Notes: generated by a model not told the origin, from the sequence alone. DNA of 64,000 nucleotides from Nitrosopumilus sp. (GCA_965249555.1 OZ252243.1:192001-256000); one strand, 5' to 3'; shown: positions 1-10,211, numbered from the stretch's first letter. Numbers and translations are program-made.

Positions 1-58
1 AAATATATTCCTGTGACCGTCATCTTCATACGCATAAACTCGTCTTGTGTTTTTTTAA

Positions 59-955
59 CTATGTTTGTCGAGGTAAATGCGTAGAGGTAGTAATAGATAC
101 AATGAAACTCTCAAATATTTTTGTGTTATCGGGTCCTTGGTTCTTCAAATGTATTATTGAGCGAACATATAATTCCCATACCCAATACCATAATTCAGAA
201 TGTAAATCAATTAATTCAACATTTAGTTTTAGGATTTCTTTGGCTTCTTTGTGATTTATTACCTTTCCGTGTGATTTGTATGTCTTTCCATCAGATAACC
301 ACTTTGCAACATTCTCTGCTTGTTTCGGATTTTCTTTTAACATGTATTTTGAGAGCCAATTTTTTGCAAAACATTCTGCATCAGCTATTGCAGAAGTACA
401 TATAGAAATTATTTCAGGTCGTACTTTTTGTAACATTGATAGATACATGTTTGGAGGATCACCTGCTTTTACGTTCTTTCTTACCATTTCCAATCCGTCA
501 ATAAAAGAACGTGCAGGTATTAGAGGATCTCTCAGCAATGATATTTGTGGATCAATCGGACCTAATTCTGCAAGATATCCCATCATGATTTTATCCGATC
601 CAAGGCACATCATTGTTGCTGCACTTTTTGCAAAATTTGGAACAATCACAGTAAAACTTTCAGTGAACCTTTCTCTGCACATAGAAAGTAGTTTTTCTGC
701 AGCGTTACCACTACCTCCAGAAGAGTTTAAAATCAAAATTCCTTTCTTAGAATCTCCAGTAGAGCGCAATAGATCTTCAAATGGAATTACGTCGTCATTA
801 TTAATAGCTGCATATGGATGTTCAGGATTTGCAAAATAACATATTACTTTACCGTTTAACTCGTCTTCAATTAATTTGATTAACTTTTTACGAGTTATGT
901 GATCATTTTCATTTAAAATTGATGTAAAAATTGGATCTGTAATTATGTCTTTCAT
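59..955 (-). CDS. SDH-family Clp-fold (SppA/ClpP-like) serine protease
   Basis: LILNSSGGSGNAAE, VPNFAKSAATM (catalytic Ser), LGPIDPQ (Asp), YKSHG (His). Confidence 0.85.
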   Translation of the reverse strand: MKDIITDPIFTSILNENDHITRKKLIKLIEDELNGKVICYFANPEHPYAAINNDDVIPFEDLLRSTGDSKKGILILNSSGGSGNAAEKLLSMCRERFTESFTVIVPNFAKSAATMMCLGSDKIMMGYLAELGPIDPQISLLRDPLIPARSFIDGLEMVRKNVKAGDPPNMYLSMLQKVRPEIISICTSAIADAECFAKNWLSKYMLKENPKQAENVAKWLSDGKTYKSHGKVINHKEAKEILKLNVELIDLHSELWYWVWELYVRSIIHLKNQGPDNTKIFESFIVSITTSTHLPRQT

Positions 956-1101
956 GTGTTCGAGATAAAATCACATCGGAGATGTATGGGTTTATCTCTT
1001 GTATCCAAGGCATCTAAAATTTGTTGAAGTTCGTCAAGATTATTAGTCTCCTTTTTCCCTTGTCTAATTGTATCTTTTACAAAAGTTTCTAATGACTGCA
1101 T
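952..1101 (-). CDS. 49-aa small protein translationally coupled to the Clp-fold protease
   Basis: Read by hand: MQSLETFVKDTIRQGKKETNNLDELQQILDALDTRDKPIHLRCDFISNT*; its TGA overlaps the protease ATG (ATGA). Confidence 0.55.
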   Translation of the reverse strand: MQSLETFVKDTIRQGKKETNNLDELQQILDALDTRDKPIHLRCDFISNT

Positions 1102-1325
1102 GTTATAGTTATGTTAAACACCTAAATAAATAAATTTCCCAGTCCAAAATTTTTATGTTAGATCTATTACTTAGGCTCTCCATCTTTCAAGATATATAAC
1201 TATATGTGAATACCAAAAGAAGGAATTCAGATAGCATAGGAAATGAACCCAGGTCCAGGAGTCGTAATCCATCGTCCTCAAAGAAAAAGCCAAAGAAACA
1301 GATTAGGGCAAAAAAAGACAAGTGC

Positions 1326-2321
1326 ATGTATGTTGGCATTGACTTGCACAAGGAATTTCTTCAAGTAGCAACAATGGATAATGACGGAAAGATATTACAA
1401 AACATAAAAGTTGAGAACACTCATGAATCAATCAGGAAACATTTTACAGACATACCAATTCATGCAAACATTGTCATGGAATCATCATCAGTCTGGTATA
1501 ACACGTATAGATTTCTTACAGATGAATTAGGATACAAAAACGTGACACTCTCAAACCCATATCTTACAAAGGCAATAGCTGCATCAAAAAAGAAGACAGA
1601 CAAGATTGATGCCAAGATACTGGCAGATCTTTTGCGTGGAGGATACATTGCAACATGCTATGTTCCAAACAAAAAGATAGTAAAACATCGCCAGCTGGTA
1701 AGATACAGAAAAAAACTCGTTCAGTGGAGGACCTCTCTCAAAAATTCTGTCCATGGAATTTTGTTACAGGAGGGAATCAAGATACCTGGAGTCACGTTCA
1801 CTGTAACATACAACAGAAGACTCGCCTCCCTAGGTGACTATCGCATAGACGGATTCGTACGACAGATAGGCCATATCAATCTGCAAATTGCAGAGATTAA
1901 TTCAAGAGTGTATGCTGCCGTAAAGACCAGTCCTGATGCCATGATAATAAAATCAATGCCCGGAATTGGCGATTACTCGGCACTAGTTATTGCAGCAGAA
2001 ATTGCAGGTATTAGCAGATTCAATGACTCTCACAAGTTATGCGCATATGCAGGAGTCGTGCCATCAGTTAGAAACTCTGCAGACACGATACACCATGGCA
2101 GCATAACCAAAAGGGGAAGCATGACACTACGATGGGTTCTCATCCAATGCGTCCATACCCATGCACTGCATGACAAGAACAGTGACATTACAAAATTTTA
2201 CAATCGCATTAAAAAGAAGAGAGGCTCATCAAAGGCCGCAGTTGCCGCATCATCAAAGATCCTGCGAGTGATTTACTGGATGCTAAAAGAGAGGAGAGAA
2301 TTTGTACAGAATTACAGTTAG
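1326..2321 (+). CDS. IS110-family transposase/recombinase
   Basis: MYVGIDLHK, VMESS, KKTDKIDA (DEDD RuvC-like), MPGIG..SALVIAAEI, YAGVVPSVRNSA (Ser), ITKRG; start placed at ATG 1326 rather than GTG 1206. Confidence 0.95.
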   Translation: MYVGIDLHKEFLQVATMDNDGKILQNIKVENTHESIRKHFTDIPIHANIVMESSSVWYNTYRFLTDELGYKNVTLSNPYLTKAIAASKKKTDKIDAKILADLLRGGYIATCYVPNKKIVKHRQLVRYRKKLVQWRTSLKNSVHGILLQEGIKIPGVTFTVTYNRRLASLGDYRIDGFVRQIGHINLQIAEINSRVYAAVKTSPDAMIIKSMPGIGDYSALVIAAEIAGISRFNDSHKLCAYAGVVPSVRNSADTIHHGSITKRGSMTLRWVLIQCVHTHALHDKNSDITKFYNRIKKKRGSSKAAVAASSKILRVIYWMLKERREFVQNYS

Positions 2322-2490
2322 GACTGCAAGTCGCGTTTTATATGTTGAGGGAAAGCCTCGGTTAATAACTGCGGATAGGTCCTAATAAAGGGATGAAGAT
2401 AGCATTGAGGAAGAAGCCTCGTATGGATACATGTCCGTCATCTTTTGATTGAAAGCATTCCCTAGCGAAAGCTATGCCTTGGGATGCAAA
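2318..2490 (+). ncRNA. Candidate bridge/seek RNA of the IS110 element
   Basis: Two parallel stem-loops capped by GAGG-loop-CCTC hairpins, each followed by 7 nt + AC; loop sequences match the element junctions; third GAAA-capped hairpin 2455-2487. Confidence 0.7.
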
Positions 2491-2563
2491 AAAGTAGGAA
2501 ATGTTTAAAAACAATTCACATGGATACATATAATCTGCAAATAAAATAATTATTTTGTAGAAT

Positions 2564-5308
2564 ATGAATCCCGAAGATAAAGCCCGTCAGAATATTGATA
2601 AAATGCTGATTGATTCAGGCTGGATTATTCAAGACTATGAGAATAGAAATCTCAGTGAAGGATTGGGGGTAGCAGTTAGAGAATACCCATTAAGTAAAGA
2701 TAATGCAGATTATGCCCTTTTCATTGATTCACAGCCAGTTGGGGTGGTTGAGGCAAAAAAATACGGACATACACTTAGCGGTGTAGTTGAGCAATCCGAA
2801 AAATATCTAGATGGATTATATGAAAAATTTGTCAGTACTCCCATAAGACCTCCATTTTCCTATGAAACGACTGGTATTGAGACTAAATTTGCAGACAGGC
2901 GTGATCCTGATCATCGTTCTCGTTATGTCTTTACATTTCATAGACCCGAATTACTACAAGAGTGGTTACAAGAAGACAAGACATTGCGTGCAAGACTAAA
3001 ACAGATTCCCGAATTAAATTTTGAAAAACTTTGGGACTGTCAGACTGAAGCAATCATAAATTTAGAGGACTCACTTTCACAAAACAAACCACGTGCATTA
3101 ATTCAGATGGCAACAGGTTCTGGCAAGACAATCACAGCAGTAACTTCAATTTATCGATTAATTAAATTTGCAAAAGCAAAAAAGATTCTATTTTTAGTTG
3201 ACAGGTCAAATTTGGGTAGACAAGCGTTACGTGAATTCCAACAGTATGAAACACCTGATGACGGTAGAAAATTTACTGACTTGTATAACGTACAACTATT
3301 ACAATCACACACAATTGATCCTGTTCCAAAAGTTGTAATCTCTACAATTCAAAGAATGTTTTCAATTCTAAAAAATAATAAAGATTATGAGGATGAAAAT
3401 GATGAATTTTCATCATTTGAAGATTCACAAGATGCGACTCCAGTTGAAGTACATTACAATGAAAATATACCAATTGGAGAATTTGATTTTATCATAATTG
3501 ATGAATGTCATCGTTCAATCTACAACAAATGGAAGCAGGTATTAGATTACTTTGATTCATTTTTAATTGGATTAACTGCAACCCCTTCAAATGATACTGT
3601 GGGATTTTTCAACAACAATCAGGTAATGAGATACACCCATGAAAGAGCTGTAGTTGATGATGTTAATGTTGGATATCACGTATACAGGATTAAAAACAAA
3701 ATTGGGGAGCAAGGAGGCACTATAGATGCAGGTCAATTTGTTGAAAAAAGAGACAGACTCACGCGGAAATCTGAGCAAGAGTATCTGAATGAAGATCTAA
3801 TTTATACACCAAGTGACCTTGATAGGTCAGTAGTAGCAAAAGATAGCATCAGACTAATTATTAGAACATTCAAGGAACGGTTATCTGAAATTTTTCCAAA
3901 CAGGACTAATGTTCCTAAAACCCTGATTTTTGCAAAAGACGACGCTCATGCAGAAGATATTACAGAAATTGTAAGAGAGGAATTTGGACTAGGAAATGAA
4001 TTTTGCAAAAAAATCACTTATCGTACAAAAGAAAAACCAGAGGAATTAATTACCTCGTTTAGAAATTCACCAATGCCCAGAATTGCAGTAACAGTTGACA
4101 TGATTGCAACTGGAACTGACATCAAACCATTAGAATGCATTATTTTTATGCGAGATGTCAAAACAAAGAATTACTTTGATCAAATGAAAGGAAGAGGGAC
4201 CCGAAAGATAGCAGATGATGATTTGATTGCAGTTACTCCTGATGCCAAAGCCAAAACTCATTTTGTCATAGTTGATGCGGTAGGCGTTTGTGAGCATACA
4301 ATGACTGACACTCACTCTTTATCTAAAAAACCAGGTGTTTCTTTCAAAGTATTGCTGGATAAAGCAACTGACAAAAATGCAGATGCAGACGATGTTGAGA
4401 GTTTGATTTACCGATTGTCCAGACTGAACGGAAAATTAAGTCAGGACGATAAAGATGAAATAAGCAATGCAAACAACGGAAAAACTCTGACAGATATTGA
4501 AAAAACATTGCTTGACGGAATTGACGCAGACAAGACACTAGAAAAAGCAAAAGAGCAGTGTCATACAGAAGAGCCAACAAATGAGCAGCTTAGAACTGTA
4601 TCAAAACAGATGATTGATGAAGCATGCAAGGTATTTGATTCGGCAAAACTACGAAAGACAATCCTTGACATCAAAAGCAAAAATGAGCAAATCATTGATG
4701 ATGTATCCATTGACGAATTGCTAGAAGCAGGATTTGTAGATAAAGTACAGAATATTGATAAAAAGACAGTTGATAACTGGATTGACTTTGTAGAGAAAAA
4801 TAAGGATCGAATTATAGCACTTGACATCATCTACTCCAAACCATATAGGATGAGAGAAATCACATTTGCAGATATTCAGAATCTGGCCAGTGCAATTGAG
4901 AAACCCCCGTATAATTTGACTCCTGAAATGCTTTGGAATGCATATCAGAGACTGGATAAATCAAAGGTGAAAAACAATCCCGCCAAAATGCTGACTGATT
5001 TGATATCTATTGTACGATATTCTGCAGGAAAAGAAGAATCATTATTGCCGTTTTCAGAAATAATTACAGAGAAATTTGAAAAATGGTTAACTGCCCAAGA
5101 ATCTTCTGGACGAAATTTTACATCAGAGCAAAAAGAATGGCTTGTAATGATTAAAAATACTATTGCAAGTTCTGTCTCAATTGGTATTGATGCACTAGAC
5201 GATGTGCCATTTAATCAGAAAGGTGGCAGAGTAAAGTTTTATGAAATATTTGGAGATGACTATGAAAAGATATTAGAGGATCTGCATGAGGCTCTGATTA
5301 ACCAATAA
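2564..5308 (+). CDS. hsdR: Type I restriction enzyme R subunit (EcoEI/EcoAI-like)
   Basis: ADYALF..VVEAKK nuclease motif, MATGSGKT, IIIDECHRS, GLTATP, QMKGRGTR. Confidence 0.93.
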   Translation: MNPEDKARQNIDKMLIDSGWIIQDYENRNLSEGLGVAVREYPLSKDNADYALFIDSQPVGVVEAKKYGHTLSGVVEQSEKYLDGLYEKFVSTPIRPPFSYETTGIETKFADRRDPDHRSRYVFTFHRPELLQEWLQEDKTLRARLKQIPELNFEKLWDCQTEAIINLEDSLSQNKPRALIQMATGSGKTITAVTSIYRLIKFAKAKKILFLVDRSNLGRQALREFQQYETPDDGRKFTDLYNVQLLQSHTIDPVPKVVISTIQRMFSILKNNKDYEDENDEFSSFEDSQDATPVEVHYNENIPIGEFDFIIIDECHRSIYNKWKQVLDYFDSFLIGLTATPSNDTVGFFNNNQVMRYTHERAVVDDVNVGYHVYRIKNKIGEQGGTIDAGQFVEKRDRLTRKSEQEYLNEDLIYTPSDLDRSVVAKDSIRLIIRTFKERLSEIFPNRTNVPKTLIFAKDDAHAEDITEIVREEFGLGNEFCKKITYRTKEKPEELITSFRNSPMPRIAVTVDMIATGTDIKPLECIIFMRDVKTKNYFDQMKGRGTRKIADDDLIAVTPDAKAKTHFVIVDAVGVCEHTMTDTHSLSKKPGVSFKVLLDKATDKNADADDVESLIYRLSRLNGKLSQDDKDEISNANNGKTLTDIEKTLLDGIDADKTLEKAKEQCHTEEPTNEQLRTVSKQMIDEACKVFDSAKLRKTILDIKSKNEQIIDDVSIDELLEAGFVDKVQNIDKKTVDNWIDFVEKNKDRIIALDIIYSKPYRMREITFADIQNLASAIEKPPYNLTPEMLWNAYQRLDKSKVKNNPAKMLTDLISIVRYSAGKEESLLPFSEIITEKFEKWLTAQESSGRNFTSEQKEWLVMIKNTIASSVSIGIDALDDVPFNQKGGRVKFYEIFGDDYEKILEDLHEALINQ

Positions 5309-5415
5309 ATGGATTTATTTTAGGAAAAAATAATGAATTACTCAAATTGCATAAAAACAACAGTTGATGTAAACGGTATTGTGACTGTTGATGATAACAA
5401 ATGACTTGCAATAAT

Positions 5416-6786
5416 CTAAAATGCACATAACAAAGAAAGTATTATAATTTTATGAGTTATTTTATGTATGGCAAATGTTGCATTTGCATCAATCCTACCA
5501 AAGATTGATTCAATTTTTGAGACGATTCTTTTTTGTTCGGGAAGAGGGGCTATGGGTAACTGGAATTTTTTTATATCGTATTGAAATAAATGTGGTATGG
5601 ACATTCCTTTTATTTTTTTTCTTACAATTTTTTGAAAAAAAGGTGATTTAAAATAATAAAATAAACATCTTGGAAAAATAGATTCAACCGGACGTACAAC
5701 TAGAATGGATGAGTTTACGGTAGTAGGTTGTGCTATATTATCTACATAACCAATTTTTCCTATTGTGCCGTCCTTTGTGATTAAGATATCTTTTTTATAA
5801 AGTTTAATTTCTGGAGATTCATCATACCTGAATTTGGAAAGATGATCCATTACGTTTTTGTAATTTATTGATCCATTTTCATTAATATCTTTAACAGCTA
5901 ACAATAAAGGACCTTCATCAGTATATTCATTTCGTTTTAATCCTCTCCAACCAATTCTAGCGTTAATGTTTATGTAATCACTTAATATTATTGTTATCCA
6001 TCCCTTTGGAAGATTATCTTTCTCGAAAACCAATTCTTTTGTAGAATCATTGTGGATCTTTTTCAAAAGAACTTCAGCTGGTTCATCATTAGGATCTTGC
6101 GATACTAGTTTTCCCTCAAAGACTTGCTTTAACACAGCTTGTCTAGATTGCTTCAACATTTTTCTGACATTTTCTAACTTTTTTCTACTTGCATCAATCT
6201 GTGTGAAGATTGATTCAATTTTTGAGACGATGCGTTTTTGTTCGGAAAGTGAAGGTAAAGGGATTTTTATTTTAGATAATTTATTAGCGTTAAAATTTGG
6301 TTGTGCAATCCCTATATTTCCTGAATGGATTTGTTGCCAATAAAGATCTGATTTAAAAAAATGGCTCACATAATTTGCATATGTGTTATTAGATAACACA
6401 ATTCTTACTAAATAAGATGCAAAAACTGCATTAGGGGGATTCTTGATTAGAAAACTTTTTCCTACAGTAGCACCAGTTCTTGCAAATACTAAATTATTTG
6501 CTTCTAATAGAAAAGCAGATATTTTCTTTGTAGGTATCTGACAATATGGAACCTTATCCCAGTTCACAGTATTATTTTGTATGTCTGTTATTCGTAAATA
6601 TTTAGGACCAATGTTTGCTTTCGTTGATTTTGCTGTATATCCATAATGAATTTTTATGGATAATTTATCAATAATTGTAATGATCCATCCTTTTGGAAGA
6701 TTATCTTTTTCAAAAACCAATTCTTTTGTGGAATCCTTGAGATATACATCTGGCAAGTTCTGGAACCTCTGATACAAACACCCCAT
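5416..6786 (-). CDS. hsdS: Type I R-M specificity subunit, two TRDs, rearranged 5' end and probably truncated 3' end
   Basis: LPKGW x2, P(S/P)LxEQKRIVSKIESIF x2, central KQSRQAVLKQVFEGKL; first ~15 residues derive from a hicB-like sequence read out of frame. Confidence 0.85.
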   Translation of the reverse strand: MGCLYQRFQNLPDVYLKDSTKELVFEKDNLPKGWIITIIDKLSIKIHYGYTAKSTKANIGPKYLRITDIQNNTVNWDKVPYCQIPTKKISAFLLEANNLVFARTGATVGKSFLIKNPPNAVFASYLVRIVLSNNTYANYVSHFFKSDLYWQQIHSGNIGIAQPNFNANKLSKIKIPLPSLSEQKRIVSKIESIFTQIDASRKKLENVRKMLKQSRQAVLKQVFEGKLVSQDPNDEPAEVLLKKIHNDSTKELVFEKDNLPKGWITIILSDYININARIGWRGLKRNEYTDEGPLLLAVKDINENGSINYKNVMDHLSKFRYDESPEIKLYKKDILITKDGTIGKIGYVDNIAQPTTVNSSILVVRPVESIFPRCLFYYFKSPFFQKIVRKKIKGMSIPHLFQYDIKKFQLPIAPLPEQKRIVSKIESIFGRIDANATFAIHKITHKIIILSLLCAF

Positions 6787-6820
6787 CTTCGTCTTTTTTG
6801 ATGAATATTCTAAACTTCAT
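6710..6820 (-). pseudogene. HicB-family antitoxin 5' fragment joined to hsdS
   Basis: MKFRIFIKKDEDGVFVSEVPELARCISQG then stop after 7 codons; 76/87 nt identical to 9315-9401 in inverted orientation. Confidence 0.75.
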
Positions 6821-6917
6821 ATGATTTATTAAATTATTTAGTATAAAAATCTAAATTATGTGAAATCATGACAAGTTTTACAAAATATGATTTAGACTCA
6901 AATTTCTAGTTTATAAT

Positions 6918-7886
6918 TTAATCAATGGGATGAGTACGTGCATAATTATTTAATCTGTATATGTTTTCCATTATTGGAGTTTTGTTATTTATTGGAAGTT
7001 GTGATACTAGAAAAATTTCTATAATTGACTTTAAATCATTAGTAAGATAGTTTAATTCTTTCCCACCCTTGATAAGATATTCTTTATTTACATCACTTCC
7101 ATGCACATTATAATTTCTAGTGTTTACTATTTTGTCCACAAAATTATCTTTGTCAATACATTCTCTGATTTGTTCTGGACAAAGATCTAAAAACCACTTT
7201 ATCTTGTTTCTAAATTCTTCATGCTTTGCTTCAGTTGCATCATAAAATCTTTGTATTACATGTGTGTGTTCTGTAAACATTGTATGTAGTGACATGTCAC
7301 TCTCAAATATATTGAAAAAATCATACATTATTTCATATGTTTTGAACCATATTTCATTCCATTTTTGGATTATCTTCTCAAAATTATCTTTTAAATCATG
7401 GAATCGTATTACTCCATCATCTGTTATTTTTGGATTCTCGAGTCTGTTGTTTCTATGATAACGTATCAATCAGTAAGGATAATACTTGAAATTTTTTGAG
7501 TTCGTTGTAGTTCCCTTAATGTATTTTGGAAAAACTGGTTTACCCATACATAGTCTTAAAAAATGATTGATTTTAGATGTCTCATCATCTAATTCCATTC
7601 CAGATTCTGGTTCAATTTGAAAAAATTCGAATTGTGTTGTTTTTTGCTCCAATAAACTAAAACTGGATTCCATGGTTTGTCCTATTTTTAATTTTGTAGA
7701 CTCACTTATGTTCACTGTTTCATTAATCTTATAGAATACTCCATATGTATCATCCTCCGGGGTTTTACTCATGAATGGTCCCCAAACAAATACATCTCTC
7801 AATCTGATAAATTTACAATTGTAATTTCTCATACTAATAAAAATTTGAATATAAATAATGAATCTGATTTTTGGTTGTTTGGACAT
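6918..7886 (-). pseudogene. ApeA-like HEPN ribonuclease split by one in-frame TGA
   Basis: ORFs 7470-7886 and 6918-7469 share a frame and are separated only by TGA (YYPY*LIRY); C-terminal FVDKIVNTRNYNVHG RxxxxH motif. Confidence 0.65.
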
Positions 7887-7984
7887 ACATCTCTGTTTGA
7901 TCTAGTAGCGTAAAATCCAATAATAAAAGTGATCATTTGATCGAGTGTTTTTTATATCTAAAAAATTCATAATTTAATGTAAGG

Positions 7985-8800
7985 TTGATAATGTCTGATT
8001 CTAATAACTCAAAAACAGATATGGATCAAAACAAATCTAAAAATAATAGACAAACACCATTAAGTAGATTCTGGGCTTGTTTTTTCAGTTCTACAATTTT
8101 TGCGTTATTGTGGACAGGTAAAATGAAAAAGACCAGACAATGGATTCTTTTGTTTACTTTTTTTATTACAATATGGTTTGTCTTAGATTATATTTTGTAT
8201 CCGTTTTCAGATGATTCTGATTTTACTCTAGATAATGTTGTGGATCATTCATTTCGTATTGAACCGAATTATCATCTAGAGACATTTTTGAGTAGTATGA
8301 TTTATGACTATTTTCCCAACAGTGGGAATTTAGATGATATAATATTTTTAATATCTTTTTCATTGATTGTTTTGTATAACCTAGTAATTTTTATCGGTTC
8401 ATTGTTAATGATTGTTTATTTTATGTTAAAATGGACTACACAATACAATCTAGATAATTTCAACTACAAGTCAAAACGAGAATGGAAAAAAGCAAACATA
8501 CCACAACATAACATTACTGAAAAAATTAAAGAACATTCTAGCAATATATTTTCAAACATGAAGGACATTAGTAAAAAGACAAGTGCAAAGATACCATCTG
8601 AAAAAATTATAGAAACAAGTACAAAAACAGCAGAAAAAATTGCAGATACTGCAAAGAATCTAAAACCAAAAATTAAGATGAGTGAAAATGATAAAAGAAA
8701 CCAGATAAGAGAATGGCATGATATGATGACTTTGGGGATTATTACTGAATCAGAGTTTGAAAAGAAAAAAGAAGAATTTTTAAAAGCAAATAATGACTAA
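7985..8800 (+). CDS. Membrane protein with C-terminal SHOCT-like domain
   Basis: Hydrophobic segments; ends IREWHDMMTLGIITESEFEKKKEEFL. Confidence 0.7.
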   Translation: MIMSDSNNSKTDMDQNKSKNNRQTPLSRFWACFFSSTIFALLWTGKMKKTRQWILLFTFFITIWFVLDYILYPFSDDSDFTLDNVVDHSFRIEPNYHLETFLSSMIYDYFPNSGNLDDIIFLISFSLIVLYNLVIFIGSLLMIVYFMLKWTTQYNLDNFNYKSKREWKKANIPQHNITEKIKEHSSNIFSNMKDISKKTSAKIPSEKIIETSTKTAEKIADTAKNLKPKIKMSENDKRNQIREWHDMMTLGIITESEFEKKKEEFLKANND

Positions 8801-9302
8801 AGTTTGATCAAGATGAAATTAGTGTTATTATCTACATTGTCTATAATTTTAGTATGATACAAAGCCAACACAAAATAGTAAGGATGTTTAATTTGTCTTA
8901 CTTTACAGGAGAAGATTTGTATATCTTGATTTTTCATTTTTGGGATTAGTGATCATCGTTGTTTTGATCAGAGACAAATAAATGAGACATGGTATAATTC
9001 ATTCTCATTTTTAACCGATTTCTCAAATTATTCAAATGGAAAAAGCAAAGGATCTCATCATGTTTTGTTCATTGGAATGATTACAGAACAAATAAAAATC
9101 CCTAGCAAGATTCTATCTGAGTCATTTCTTGTTGGTGTTTTGTATCTGGCGGGAACACTATATCTGTATGAGAATGCAGTGAGACGAGGACTACCATATG
9201 TCCATTCGACTGTTCTAATGGTGTAATTATACATCATAAAGTCATGGATGAGAATTCCAAGTGACAGCACACTGCATTATTTTCTCTCAATCAAATGTAC
9301 CA

Positions 9303-9449
9303 ATGACAAATCACATAAAGTTTAAAGTATTCATCAAAAAAGACGAGAACGGGATGTTTGTATCAGAGGTTCCAGAACTTTCTGGATGCATATCTCAAGG
9401 AGACACAAGAGAATTGGCAACAACTAACATCAAGGATATGTATCCATAA
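9303..9449 (+). pseudogene. Short/truncated HicB-family antitoxin
   Basis: KFKVFIKKDENGMFVSEVPELSGCISQGDTRELATTNIKD; no hicA adjacent. Confidence 0.7.
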
Positions 9450-9563
9450 AATAATCTTTTACCTTAACAAATTTCTTTTTATCTATTATTTTTCCATCAT
9501 TGTATTGTGTAGTTAGTTTGAAATGTAATTTCACTTTGGTTTCTAATTTGGACAATTTTTGAA

Positions 9564-9752
9564 TTATAATTTTTGATATGGTATGTTGTTTTCAGTTAAT
9601 TGGTTACATTGTTCATTTGATATTAGATAATCTGTTTTTGAAATTGCTGAAAAATGTTTACCTGATTCCATTAATACACCAACCATTGAAACTTCATTTT
9701 TTGGATCTACTCTGATTCTTCTATATGAAAAAGGATTGTCATTTTTTGCCAT
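9564..9752 (-). CDS. Small hypothetical protein
   Basis: ORF from MAKNDNPFS with protein-like composition. Confidence 0.45.
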   Translation of the reverse strand: MAKNDNPFSYRRIRVDPKNEVSMVGVLMESGKHFSAISKTDYLISNEQCNQLTENNIPYQKL

Positions 9753-10211
9753 GGTTTGTATAATAAATGGTTTTTTATAAATCATATAAATCCTGATTCT
9801 GTTGAGTTATAGTGATATGGTCTGTCTGGTTGTAGAGTTCAAAAGTTGAACTGGAATGCAGATTTATCAGACTCAATTCAAAACACCATAATAGACATTT
9901 TCTTAAAAAGCAGATCAAAGATTGTTCAAGTATTGGTTTAGTCAAATATTAATTCAAAGTTCAATTCGGAGAAAATTCACATTTCATAATTTATCCCGGG
10001 ATAACTTTACAGAACTTTTAATCACTACTATTTTATAATAAAACAAATTCTAAAATTTTAGAATGTCAAAAACATTAGCGTCGACTATGTTAATGGCAGT
10101 TTCTATAATTTTTGGAATTAATACAGTTTATGCAGAATATTGTAGAGTCGAATGGAGATTCCACTCATTGAACATAACGTAAATAATCTTAAACATATCT
10201 TGTATGATTAA

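Larger units (their letters stand above)
1199..2527 (+). mobile_element. IS110-family (IS1111-type) insertion sequence
   Basis: DEDD recombinase; 8-bp subterminal inverted repeats ATGTGAAT (1204-1211)/ATTCACAT (2514-2521); AC dinucleotide at both junctions (1199-1200, 2526-2527); ~200-nt structured 3' non-coding end. Confidence 0.75.

Noticed and set aside
1206-1325. Basic N-terminal extension of the IS110 transposase
   Set aside because: The GTG start lies inside the left inverted repeat; the family-typical start is MYVGID at 1326.
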